A DNA stretch of 64,000 nt from Gelidibacter sp. (GTDB taxonomy: Bacteria; Bacteroidota; Bacteroidia; Flavobacteriales; Flavobacteriaceae). Numbering within the stretch: position 1 is the stretch's first letter; each line of letters opens with the position of its first letter. Below the pieces are notes generated by a model. The model was not told the DNA's origin, searched no databases, and was given only the letters and a program-made list of their open reading frames with translations. Location: contig NZ_JBDSLS010000108.1 of the NCBI RefSeq assembly GCF_039916245.1, forward strand, positions 1,230 to 65,229, in the 5' to 3' direction. Positions 24,917 through 34,450 of this stretch are shown here, in pieces. The position numbers and the translations under genes are program-made.

Positions 24917-27430
24917 CTATCCTTCAAAATCAAAATCTTCGCCACCATTTCCGCGATCCATAGAGCGCTGTTGTTTCTTTTGTTGGTTGAAACGGTAGGT
25001 AAATGAGAGATTGAAACTTCTTTGTCTCCACTGAAATTCAGAAGAACTGGTATATGCAGAAGTAAATGAATCCATCGATCTTTTTCTGGTATTGAACACA
25101 TCACTTACGTTAAACGCAATTGAGCCCTGGTCTTTAAAAACATCTTTGCTAAAGGCCAAATCAGTAGAGAACATTCCTTTTGTTTTATTTTGGGCATCTT
25201 CACTTGGTCCCATATAGAAAATACGTGTTTGCCAGTCAATTTTACCAGGTAAGGTATATTTGTTATTGAAACGTACAAACCAGCTTAAGTTTTCTGCGCC
25301 ATAATCTACTTTGTTATATACTCCTGCAGTTTTTGATTGAAACAAGTTAAAGTTACCATTCATGTTCCAATCTCTTGATGGGCGGTAAGTTAAGGTAAAC
25401 TCAAAACCAAATCTGTCATTAGTTGCCAAGTTGATAGGTGTTCTTCTGATTACAGGATTCACACTTTCATATTGAGACGTAAGATTTTCAAAGTTTGGAT
25501 CATTTTCATTAATGGTGAAGTTGATGTCTCTAATGTAATAATCGCCTGTAGTTTCACTAATAAAACTGAACACGTCCGTTGCTCTTTCATAATAGATGGA
25601 AGAGTTCAAGGTAAACTTATTGATTTTAGTCAAATAACCTAAATCAACTTTGTTGGAGTAGCTTGGATCGATATCAGGATTTCCTACAAATAAACTTGTT
25701 GGGCTAGTTCTTGAAGGAAATGGATTGATGAAACGGGAATAGGGTCTTCTGATGCGTCGGTTGTATCCTAATTGAAAACTCTGGTTCTCATTTAATTCAT
25801 AGCCTAGATTCACTGTTGGGAACAAACCAGCATAATCCTTTTTTTGTACATCATTAGTGGTTTTTTGATCAATGGTAATACGCGCAGATTCCATACGCAA
25901 GCCCATTAAATAAGAAAATTTCTTATTGATCTTACTTCCAAATTGCGTGTAAACAGCATTCACATAATCTTTGTAGAGTAAATTATTGCTGACATTTGGA
26001 TCTACTTCAAAGTTGCCATTTTCAAAAAACAACAAGCTATAATCGGTATCCAATTGATTAAAATTACCACGGTATCCAAATTCAAACTGGCTATTGTCGC
26101 CAATAGGACGTACGTAATCAGATTGTAATAAGATTTTATCCTGATTTTGAAGTGTGAAAACACGCTCTACTTCAGTACCATCTTGGGTAATGAATGAGCG
26201 ATTGTCTTCGTCACTGGTTTCGTATTGAAAATCGAAAGTTAATTTATGCTGACTGTTGTTATCAAATTGCTTGTTAAGGTTAACAGCATATTGGATCGTT
26301 TTAGAATTTTGATCTTCTGGATCGAAACGTGAAGAAAGTGATGTCAAATTATTGTTGATATCGTATTCTCTACTGATGTTTGTAGAATTATTATCTCGGT
26401 CGCTGTTTCTGTACACCAATGAGGTGGTCAAAGACGTCGAATTATTGATATACCACTCCACGCCAAGGTTGGTCGTAAAGTTGTTGCTTACTCTGTTGGA
26501 ATTACGTTTTTCAAATAAGAATGTATCAGGTTTATCTTCGATGATATTTCCATTCTCATCACGTCTAATGTTGAAATAATGGGTATCTGTAGAAGATTTT
26601 CCTGGCGAATCGCTATAAGAATAACTTGTGGTATTGAAAAAATTGAAATCGCCAGTTCTGTAGTTAATATTCCCAGAAAGACCTGCAGATGTTGGATGTC
26701 CAGCATTTGCCGTAATAGCGCCATTTAAACCTTGAAGTTTACTTCTCTTTAAGATGATATTTAGAATTCCACCTGTACCTTGAGCATCATAACGCGCCGA
26801 TGGCGATGTGATGACTTCAACGCGCTCAATTGATTCAGCTGGTAGTTGACGCAAGGCATCTGTTGAGTTAAGACCAACTAATCCAGAAGGTTTCCCATTG
26901 ATTAAAATGGTCACGTTATCGTTACCTCTTAAGGACACATTCCCTTCAACATCGACTGAAACAGAAGGTATATTATCTAGTACGTCACTTACAGTTCCAC
27001 CTCTAACGGTCAAATCAGAACCAACGTTATATATTTTTTTGTCCAACTTAATTTCCACCGTTGTGCGTTCGGCAATAATTGAAACTTCGCCTAAAGCTTG
27101 AGCGTCAATCGCAATGGTCAAGACACCTAAATCAGTGTTTTTAAGTAAAGTTTTATTAGGAATTTTTATAGTGCCATATGAGATGTATTCTACAGAAATA
27201 TCATAGGTACCTCTTGGGACTTTTATATCAAATTTACCTTGTGTATCAGTGATGCCACCTGTGACAATCCTGTTTTCTTTTTTACTGAAAAAAGCGATGG
27301 TTGCATATTCAAGAGGCTGATTGACATCTTTGTCCATCACTGTACCTGTAATGCTGACCTCCTCTTGAGCGGAGAGAATGTTTGAAGTAAATAGAAAAAG
27401 TAAGGTAAATAAGTAGGGAATTAGTTTCAT
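24917..27430 (-). CDS. TonB-dependent receptor / outer-membrane beta-barrel family protein
   Basis: Signal peptide, carboxypeptidase-like domain, plug (VLDNIPSVSVD, IERVEVITSPSARYDAQG), FNLSFTYRF near the C-terminus. Confidence 0.9.
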   Translation of the reverse strand: MKLIPYLFTLLFLFTSNILSAQEEVSITGTVMDKDVNQPLEYATIAFFSKKENRIVTGGITDTQGKFDIKVPRGTYDISVEYISYGTIKIPNKTLLKNTDLGVLTIAIDAQALGEVSIIAERTTVEIKLDKKIYNVGSDLTVRGGTVSDVLDNIPSVSVDVEGNVSLRGNDNVTILINGKPSGLVGLNSTDALRQLPAESIERVEVITSPSARYDAQGTGGILNIILKRSKLQGLNGAITANAGHPTSAGLSGNINYRTGDFNFFNTTSYSYSDSPGKSSTDTHYFNIRRDENGNIIEDKPDTFLFEKRNSNRVSNNFTTNLGVEWYINNSTSLTTSLVYRNSDRDNNSTNISREYDINNNLTSLSSRFDPEDQNSKTIQYAVNLNKQFDNNSQHKLTFDFQYETSDEDNRSFITQDGTEVERVFTLQNQDKILLQSDYVRPIGDNSQFEFGYRGNFNQLDTDYSLLFFENGNFEVDPNVSNNLLYKDYVNAVYTQFGSKINKKFSYLMGLRMESARITIDQKTTNDVQKKDYAGLFPTVNLGYELNENQSFQLGYNRRIRRPYSRFINPFPSRTSPTSLFVGNPDIDPSYSNKVDLGYLTKINKFTLNSSIYYERATDVFSFISETTGDYYIRDINFTINENDPNFENLTSQYESVNPVIRRTPINLATNDRFGFEFTLTYRPSRDWNMNGNFNLFQSKTAGVYNKVDYGAENLSWFVRFNNKYTLPGKIDWQTRIFYMGPSEDAQNKTKGMFSTDLAFSKDVFKDQGSIAFNVSDVFNTRKRSMDSFTSAYTSSSEFQWRQRSFNLSFTYRFNQQKKQQRSMDRGNGGEDFDFEG

Positions 27431-27434
27431 TAGT

Positions 27435-27845
27435 TTAGTTGTTTTTCTTTGTTTTTTGTAATTTTTTAATTTCAGCTTTATTGTCGGTTAAATATCTTTG
27501 GATGGAATTGATGGTTTCTTCAGTGTAAAGTTCTTCAACATCCGAAAAATGAGTGGCTTTTAATTGTTCCACTAGTGGCTGTTTTTCATATTCTGAAACT
27601 TCAGTCATCATGATTTGATTTCGTTTTTTATAGAACTCATCAATTTTCTGTTTGATGATGGCTCCTTTAAAATCATCGACCTTTAATAAATTGATGTAGG
27701 TATCCATGCGATCGTAATATTCCTGATATTGTTTTTGGATGTATTTTTCACGTTCTTTTTCCCTAGCCGCATCCGTTTGGGCATATGAAGTACTAACGCT
27801 AAAAAAAAGCATCAAAAGAGACATCCTGACTAATTTTGTGACCAT
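27435..27845 (-). CDS. Secreted helical hypothetical protein
   Basis: Signal peptide ending SYA-Q; co-oriented, ends 4 nt before the receptor start. Confidence 0.7.
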   Translation of the reverse strand: MVTKLVRMSLLMLFFSVSTSYAQTDAAREKEREKYIQKQYQEYYDRMDTYINLLKVDDFKGAIIKQKIDEFYKKRNQIMMTEVSEYEKQPLVEQLKATHFSDVEELYTEETINSIQRYLTDNKAEIKKLQKTKKNN

Positions 27846-27926
27846 AACATGCTGGTTTAGTTAATAAGAATGCGAAAATAGAATTTGGTTTAATGATGTT
27901 TGGTTAAAGTTGTGTTAAAGAATCCG

Positions 27927-28268
27927 CTATAAAACCTCGACGATTTTCTGCGGAGGGCGGCCTATAACGGCTTTGTTACCGTTTATGACGATTGGCCGTT
28001 CGATAAGTTGTGGGTGCTTTGCCATGGCGGAAATGATATCATCATCAGAGAGTTCTAAATTCTTGAAATTCTCTTTCCAAATAGACTCATGGGTTCTTAC
28101 CAATTCAATAGGTTTGATTTTTAAAAGACCAATGATTTCTTTAAGTTCTGCAACACTTAATAATTGGTCCATGTACTTAATGACTTGGAAGTTTGCTTTT
28201 TCATTTTCTAAAATTGCTAGTCCCTCTCTAGATTTGCTGCATCTGGGATTATGGTAGATCGATATCAT
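27927..28268 (-). CDS. arsC: ArsC-family arsenate reductase (glutaredoxin type)
   Basis: IYHNPRCSKSR; LIERPIV; IGRPP. Confidence 0.85.
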   Translation of the reverse strand: MISIYHNPRCSKSREGLAILENEKANFQVIKYMDQLLSVAELKEIIGLLKIKPIELVRTHESIWKENFKNLELSDDDIISAMAKHPQLIERPIVINGNKAVIGRPPQKIVEVL

Positions 28269-28347
28269 TTTGGGTTTATTTTATAGGAATATCCAAAGTT
28301 ACACCAATTGAATGCAGTTCACAATTATTTCCATTTAATGCGTAATT

Positions 28348-28965
28348 TCAGATTGCAATGTCGAAAGATTTTAATTCTGCTTTCAACTGGTCAGGGTTTT
28401 GAAAATGTATGGTATTGATGCCTAGTTCTTTGGCCGCGTTGATATTTCGAAGATTATCATCTATAAAAACGGAGTTTTCTGCCTCTATATTAAAGCGATT
28501 TAAAGTCAATTCATAAATATCCTTAAATGGTTTACGAGTTTTTTCTTCGCCCGAAACTAATATACCTTCAAACCAATGTAAAAAATCAAAAGTTTCCAAA
28601 GCAACAGGAAAGGTTTCATGGCTCCAGTTTGTGAGTGCAACCACTTTAAATTGCTTACTATCGATTAATTTTTTTAGAATGTCAACAGTGCCTTCAATAG
28701 CTTCTCCCAGCATTTCTTCCCAGCGTCCATAAAACATTTTAATAAGTTCTTCATGCTCAGGGAAAAGTGCAATACGCTCCTCAGTTGCTTTTGCTAACGG
28801 GTAGCCTGCATCTTGGTTTTCATTCCAGTCATGGGTACAAATAGTATCGAAAAACCATTGCATTTTTTCTCTATCGCCTTCAAAAACGTCCAGGTATACA
28901 TATTCTGGGTTCCAATCGATAAGAACGCCTCCGAGGTCGAAAATTATGGTGTCTATTTTTTTCAT
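28348..28965 (-). CDS. HAD family phosphatase
   Basis: IIFDLGGVLIDW, LTNW, KP, FIDD; ATG 28965 preferred over 29049. Confidence 0.85.
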   Translation of the reverse strand: MKKIDTIIFDLGGVLIDWNPEYVYLDVFEGDREKMQWFFDTICTHDWNENQDAGYPLAKATEERIALFPEHEELIKMFYGRWEEMLGEAIEGTVDILKKLIDSKQFKVVALTNWSHETFPVALETFDFLHWFEGILVSGEEKTRKPFKDIYELTLNRFNIEAENSVFIDDNLRNINAAKELGINTIHFQNPDQLKAELKSFDIAI

Positions 28966-29272
28966 TTTTAAATTTATTATTGATCCAGAAGTTTTTGATT
29001 CTATTAATTCAATTTGGCCAAAATTCCATTCTTTTTCTGGATTAGCCAAAATTCTTATTTGTTAATTGTAATTGAATGATCAGCCAAATCATAGTAAGTC
29101 TGTTAAAAACATAAAGTGTATTTCTCCACGTCAATCAAATGTTCTTCATTTATTACAGAAATGTCTAACTTTCTTATATTTACCCAATGTAGAAGCATGA
29201 GCATAGGCGCTAAAACTAATTATCTGAAAAACAGGTCAATCTTTTCAATGGGATTAGAATAAAATAAGAATA

Positions 29273-30247
29273 ATGCTTGAAATATTTGAAAGTAAAATGA
29301 ATGAAGTGAACTCGGACAAAATTAATATGTTTTGGCATAAAGTTCCTTTTGGGAAAAAAAACTTCGGAGATGTTTTAGGACCTTATATCGTAGAGAATCT
29401 TTCGGGTAAAAAACCCATGTACACGCCACTACTGCATACAGGCTTCAATAAACTATTCGTTTTAACCTATCTCAGGGCGATTTATAACAGAAAATTATCT
29501 GTTAAGGAAATGTATTATAATATCCAATTTCTATTAGGTAAGAAACAGAACCTTCTTATAACTATCGGTAGTGTAATTGATTGGTATACCAATCCTAATT
29601 GTGATATATGGGGTTCAGGTATTATAAAACAAAATTGCCAAATAACCAATGCTAATTTCTACGCAGTTCGCGGAAAACACACTCAACTTCGTCTTAAACA
29701 GCTAGGTTATCAAGCTCCAGAAGCCATCGGAGATCCAGCATTATTAATGCCGCTGATATTCACACCTAAGGTAAATAAAAAATACAAATTAGGAATTATT
29801 CCACATTTTTTACACTATGAGGAAATCATTGAAAAATTAAATAGCGATGACGTTTTAATTATCAATCTTTTTGATGCTATAGAAAAGGTCATTGAAGATG
29901 TATGTTCTTGTGAAAAAATAATTTCAAGTTCCCTTCATGGTATCATCATAGGTCACGCTTACGATGTTCCTTCATTATGGTTTGGGCTTGCTAGTGGTAA
30001 TATTGGCGGAGATGATATTAAGTTTGCAGATTATTTTTCCAGTGTGGAAATAAGGGAATATGAAAGGTTTAAAATAGATCATAACCGTTATGATGAAAAC
30101 TATCTTACTATTATAGAATCACTATTCGATGAACATAAAGAACTCACTTTAGTTACTTCTGAAATATTAAAAAAGATACAAGGGGATTTAATTAAATCGG
30201 CTCCCTTTACCATAAGGCCTCAGTTTAGAGAAAATGGAGGGGAATAG
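29273..30247 (+). CDS. Polysaccharide pyruvyl transferase family protein (ExoV-like)
   Basis: NFGDVLG, IGSVI, WGSG, AVRGKHT, GDPALL, GIIPH, ISSSLHG. Confidence 0.8.
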   Translation: MLEIFESKMNEVNSDKINMFWHKVPFGKKNFGDVLGPYIVENLSGKKPMYTPLLHTGFNKLFVLTYLRAIYNRKLSVKEMYYNIQFLLGKKQNLLITIGSVIDWYTNPNCDIWGSGIIKQNCQITNANFYAVRGKHTQLRLKQLGYQAPEAIGDPALLMPLIFTPKVNKKYKLGIIPHFLHYEEIIEKLNSDDVLIINLFDAIEKVIEDVCSCEKIISSSLHGIIIGHAYDVPSLWFGLASGNIGGDDIKFADYFSSVEIREYERFKIDHNRYDENYLTIIESLFDEHKELTLVTSEILKKIQGDLIKSAPFTIRPQFRENGGE

Positions 30248-30260
30248 TTTTAAAAACATG

Positions 30261-30309
30261 AATGTCGGATAAATCAAATGGATTGATTTATCCGACATTT
30301 TATTTTTAG
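30261..30309. terminator. 17-bp perfect hairpin between convergent genes, probable terminator
   Basis: AATGTCGGATAAATCAA-atgga-TTGATTTATCCGACATT then T-rich. Confidence 0.7.
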
Positions 30310-30390
30310 TGATTTTTTAAAGACAGGCAATTTACTGATCGCTTTTCTTAGATTAATAATTTGATCGCTGTTAAATGAACAGGAACTTAA

Positions 30391-31501
30391 TTAAAGTTCA
30401 TTCGGATTGTCATCCTTTTGTCCCATCATCATGAGGTATGCTTTTAAAAACTCGTCAATATGACCGTTCATCACATCGTCAACATTTCCTGTTTCATATC
30501 CGGTCCTGACGTCCTTCACTAATTTATAAGGATGCATCACGTAATTACGGATTTGGCTTCCCCATTCAATTTTCATTTTCCCTGATTCGATATCTTCCCG
30601 CTGTGCCAATTGTTTTTGCAGTTCTATTTCATACAATTGAGATCTTAACATTTGCATGGCTCTCGATCTATTATCGTGTTGTGAACGGGTTTCTGAACAT
30701 GAAATTTGAATGCCAGTAGGTTTATGGACCAATTGCACTTTAGTTTCAACTTTATTGACATTCTGCCCACCTGCGCCACCAGAACGTGACGTGGTAATTT
30801 CAATGTCGGCAGGATTGATATCAATTTCGATGGTTTCATCTACAAGTGGATATACATAAACAGAGGCAAAACTTGTATGGCGTTTGGCATTACTGTCAAA
30901 AGGGGAGATGCGGACGAGTCTATGCACGCCGTTTTCACCTTTTAACCAACCAAATGCAAATGCGCCTTCAATTTCTAAAGTCACCGTTTTTATACCTGCA
31001 ACATCACCTTCCTGAAAGTTGAGTTCTTTTACTTTAAATCCACTGTGTTCAGCATACATGAGGTACATGCGCATGAGCATACTCGCCCAATCGCAGGATT
31101 CGGTACCACCAGCGCCTGAAGTAATTTGAAGTACGGCACTTAAGTTATCGCCTTCTTCTGAAAGCATGTTCTTAAACTCTAGTTTTTCAATATGCGCGAC
31201 CGTTTTTTCTAAATGTTCCTCTAATTCTTGGGCAGATATTTCATCCGCTTTATAGAATTCATAGAACACCTTAAGATCTTCAATTAAAGATTTAGCGGTT
31301 TCGTAATCGGCAACCCAGTGTTTTTTTTCGCGTAATGATTGCATTACAAGCTCGGCGGCTTTGCTATCATTCCAGAAATTTGGATCGAAGGTTTTTTCCT
31401 CTTCGTTACTTATCTCAATAGTTTTGGCATCTATGTCAAAGATACCTCCTCAACGCACCAAGGCGTTCTACAAGGCCTTTAACTTGATCGGATGGAGTCA
31501 T
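30391..31501 (-). CDS. prfB: Peptide chain release factor 2 with programmed +1 frameshift
   Basis: ATG 31501; 21 codons ending AGG AGG TAT CTT TGA C (CTT 31441-31439); the +1 frame continues DIDAKTIE... into the 30391-31344 ORF with SPF and GGQ motifs; -7 TACATTTG 31521-31528. Confidence 0.95.
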
Positions 31502-31612
31502 TTTTAGTTGTTATTTTTGACAAATGTATCACTAAATGGAGGTAGTTTTAAAAAAATATGAGAATAATTTTTTCAAATTTATTTATGTAGATTTATGATC
31601 TAATCCTTCATT

Positions 31613-31772
31613 ATGAAAAAACAGTTACTTTATGTTATTTTATTTCTGGATACAAGTCCTTCATTTTCACAAGTATTGAAGGATAAAAAAATAGATACTT
31701 ACAACGGCTTTTTTAATTTTTATTATGAATAAAAACAGGATAACATCTATGGAAGTCGATAAAATTGATCAA
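31613..31772 (+). pseudogene. Relic 5' end of a secreted protein, possibly a DUF5118/DUF5117 zinc metalloprotease
   Basis: MKKQLLYVILFLDTSPSFSQVLKDKKIDTYNGFFNFYYE* KQDNIY, then a shifted frame EVDKIDQ; family identity from memory only. Confidence 0.45.
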
Positions 31773-31993
31773 GTCGTAAATTGCGCAACCTAATGTACGA
31801 ATGATGTGATGAAATGCATAAAAGCTATTTGCAATGTTTAAAATATATGATTTTCCTAATCATTCACGCAGATAATCGAGTTTTGTGAAAAATAGTGAGT
31901 TTTAAGGCGTCTTTTAGTTATATTCGACATTTAAAAAGCACTTTAAATCAGAGAATTACTCTAACCACATAAAAGTAAGTATCTAAATAATCG

Positions 31994-33037
31994 ATGAGAT
32001 TAAGTATTATTATTCCAGTTTATAATGTCGAAAAATACGTTTCTCAATGTCTAGATAGCGTACTTGATCAGGATATTGACGCTAAAGATTACGAGATTAT
32101 TATAGTTAATGATGGATCAACTGATGGAAGTTTGAGAATCATTCAGAATTATGCCAAAATACATGATCGTATTAAAGTCATCGATAAAAAAAATGGCGGC
32201 GTTGGTAGTGCCAGGAATTGTGGTATGGATGTCGCTCAAGGGAAGTATATTTATTTCCTAGATCCTGACGATTATCTCATATCAAATTCATTAAAAGCAT
32301 TAGTGGATACTAGTGAACGTCATCATTTAGATATTTTAACTTTCCTGTCTGGTTTTTTTTCTAAATCATCTCCAAAAAATCAAACTATAGCTAATAACCT
32401 GCCTCTTGATATTTCGGTAGAGCACCCAATTAGCCCTATAACAACTGGGGAAGATTATTTAGAGAACGAATACTATAGAGTAGAAGTGTGGTATTTCTTT
32501 ATAAATCGAGAATTTTTGAAAAATTCAGAAATAAGATTTATCGAAGGGCGGTGGATGGAAGATGCTATTTTTTCGTTGGAGTTATTTTTAAAGGCAAAAA
32601 GGATGACCCATTTAAAATTCGATGCGCACCGACACAGAAAAACCTCAGGTACGGCGATGACCAAGAGGGAACCGACACATTATCTTAACGTTATCAGAGA
32701 CATTCAAAATGTGGCCATAATTTATGATTCCAAGATAAAAATGTTGGAAAATAAAAATATTAACCCTGGATCCTTAGCGCGAATTAAGGCTAAGCAGGAA
32801 TCATTCGTGTTTTTTTCCATGATACGCATACTGCAATCAACGATGAGCTTTGAAGAAGTAAAACGACGAATGAGTGACATGAGCTTGATAAATGCTTATC
32901 CCATAAATTCATTTTTAGGGAAAGACTATAATAGAATTGATTATAAAATTCTGGTTCCGCTTTTTAATAAAAAATGGCGATTTTATTTTTTCTTCCGACT
33001 TGTTAATCCTGTGCTTAAACTCAAATATAAGTTTTAA
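31994..33037 (+). CDS. Glycosyltransferase family 2
   Basis: LSIIIPVYNVEKY, VNDGSTD, NGGVGSARN, YFLDPDD, MED. Confidence 0.9.
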   Translation: MRLSIIIPVYNVEKYVSQCLDSVLDQDIDAKDYEIIIVNDGSTDGSLRIIQNYAKIHDRIKVIDKKNGGVGSARNCGMDVAQGKYIYFLDPDDYLISNSLKALVDTSERHHLDILTFLSGFFSKSSPKNQTIANNLPLDISVEHPISPITTGEDYLENEYYRVEVWYFFINREFLKNSEIRFIEGRWMEDAIFSLELFLKAKRMTHLKFDAHRHRKTSGTAMTKREPTHYLNVIRDIQNVAIIYDSKIKMLENKNINPGSLARIKAKQESFVFFSMIRILQSTMSFEEVKRRMSDMSLINAYPINSFLGKDYNRIDYKILVPLFNKKWRFYFFFRLVNPVLKLKYKF

Positions 33038-33120
33038 GAAATTTCACTTCAAATTTTCGAGGAAAGTCTTTTGATAAATTATCATAACGCGTTTGTGCGT
33101 TTTAAATATCATAATAACCT

Positions 33121-33822
33121 CTACAAATTAAACTTAGCACTCCAATAAACGCAAGTCTGTACGGTTCCATCTTCGAGCATGAATTCATAAGAAGTCTCAT
33201 AAACCTTTGAGATCGAAAAATCGATAGGATGTTTAAATAAAGGACCTTCATAGGCTAAGGTGTGGTATTCGCCCTGTTCCCCACAAACATCAATATCCTT
33301 TGGAAATGTGCTTATTAGATTATCGTCTAAGGTTTTACCAATATAGCTTTTATCTAATTTGCCTTCCTGAGTGACAATGATTTTGGTTTTAATGCCAGAC
33401 TCTAAAAACTCTTTCATGATGTCGTCAGAGGATTTATCCCAAAGGGGCTCGATGACCTCAATCCCCAACGGATTCAATTTGGATTCTCTGTAGGTTTTGA
33501 GTCCAGAAGCTGTGAGGTCGCCAAAGATGAAATTGGTCACGTCCAAGGTTTTAAAATGCGTTACAGCTTCAAGCATCTTTTCGTCATAATTTTTTAAATC
33601 TTTAGAAAAGTACATGGTATAGAGTGGAATTCCGATGCTCTTAGCTTGTTTGGATAATATTTCTAAAGGAAGGGAATGCATGGAAGATTTGCGAGTTTCT
33701 TCATTAAAAGTTGTAAAAAGAGCAACAACTTCAAGGTCTTTATTTTTTAAGGTTTTGTGGAGTGCTAAGGCAGAATCTTTACCGCCACTCCAATTAAAGA
33801 CTGCTTTTTTTATCTTATTCAT
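33121..33822 (-). CDS. Diphthine--ammonia ligase family / PP-loop ATP-binding protein
   Basis: WSGGKDS; FGDL; PLW; DVCGEQGEYHT. Confidence 0.85.
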   Translation of the reverse strand: MNKIKKAVFNWSGGKDSALALHKTLKNKDLEVVALFTTFNEETRKSSMHSLPLEILSKQAKSIGIPLYTMYFSKDLKNYDEKMLEAVTHFKTLDVTNFIFGDLTASGLKTYRESKLNPLGIEVIEPLWDKSSDDIMKEFLESGIKTKIIVTQEGKLDKSYIGKTLDDNLISTFPKDIDVCGEQGEYHTLAYEGPLFKHPIDFSISKVYETSYEFMLEDGTVQTCVYWSAKFNL

Positions 33823-33942
33823 AAGTTGATTTTAAGAACTTAATAGAGTGTTTAATAGTTGATTCTAAAAAAATGAACTGCTTTTAGAGCAGTTCAAGTC
33901 CTATCGATATAACATGATTATCTGATAATGCAGTTTATTGGA

Positions 33943-34266
33943 TTATTTAAACATGTCCAAGCCAGGAATATTAGGCATGCCATCTTTAGCCACAGCAGCC
34001 AATTCAGTTTCGTTTACACCGGTCGCTTTCTCAATAGCCTTATTCAAGGTCGTGATTAAATAATCTTCAAGCATTTCTTTGTCCTGTAGTAATTCGTCAT
34101 CAATAGCAATTGATTTTATCGTTCTGTTAGCGGTTAATGTGACCTTTAATTTGCCATCACTACTTTGTTCATCAACCAAAACATGGTTCAACCGTTCTTT
34201 GGTTTCTTCAACTTTTTTTTGGGTCTCTTTGAGTTTATTCATCATGCCCATCATATCTCCAAACAT
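33943..34266 (-). CDS. YbaB/EbfC nucleoid-associated protein
   Basis: [16 protein letters not shown]; VTLTANR; [13 protein letters not shown]; -7 TAATTTTG 34291-34298. Confidence 0.85.
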   Translation of the reverse strand: MFGDMMGMMNKLKETQKKVEETKERLNHVLVDEQSSDGKLKVTLTANRTIKSIAIDDELLQDKEMLEDYLITTLNKAIEKATGVNETELAAVAKDGMPNIPGLDMFK

Positions 34267-34305
34267 ATTTTCAGTTTTTATATTAGGTAACAAAATTAAG
34301 GTTTA

Positions 34306-34325
34306 GACACGAGTTTCACTAATTT
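34306..34325. repeat. Short copy of the CACGAATTT element core
   Basis: GACACGAGTTTCACTAATTT, 18/20 identical to GACACGAATTTCACGAATTT. Confidence 0.55.
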
Positions 34326-34450
34326 TTGGAAATGGCTATGGGAATAATTTTCAAAGAATAGTGCTCACTTCATTTCTTTTTATTCTATTTTCTCTTCGTT
34401 CTCTGTTCTTTTAAAATAGTACTTTTGCAGTCCTTATTAAAAATATTAAA

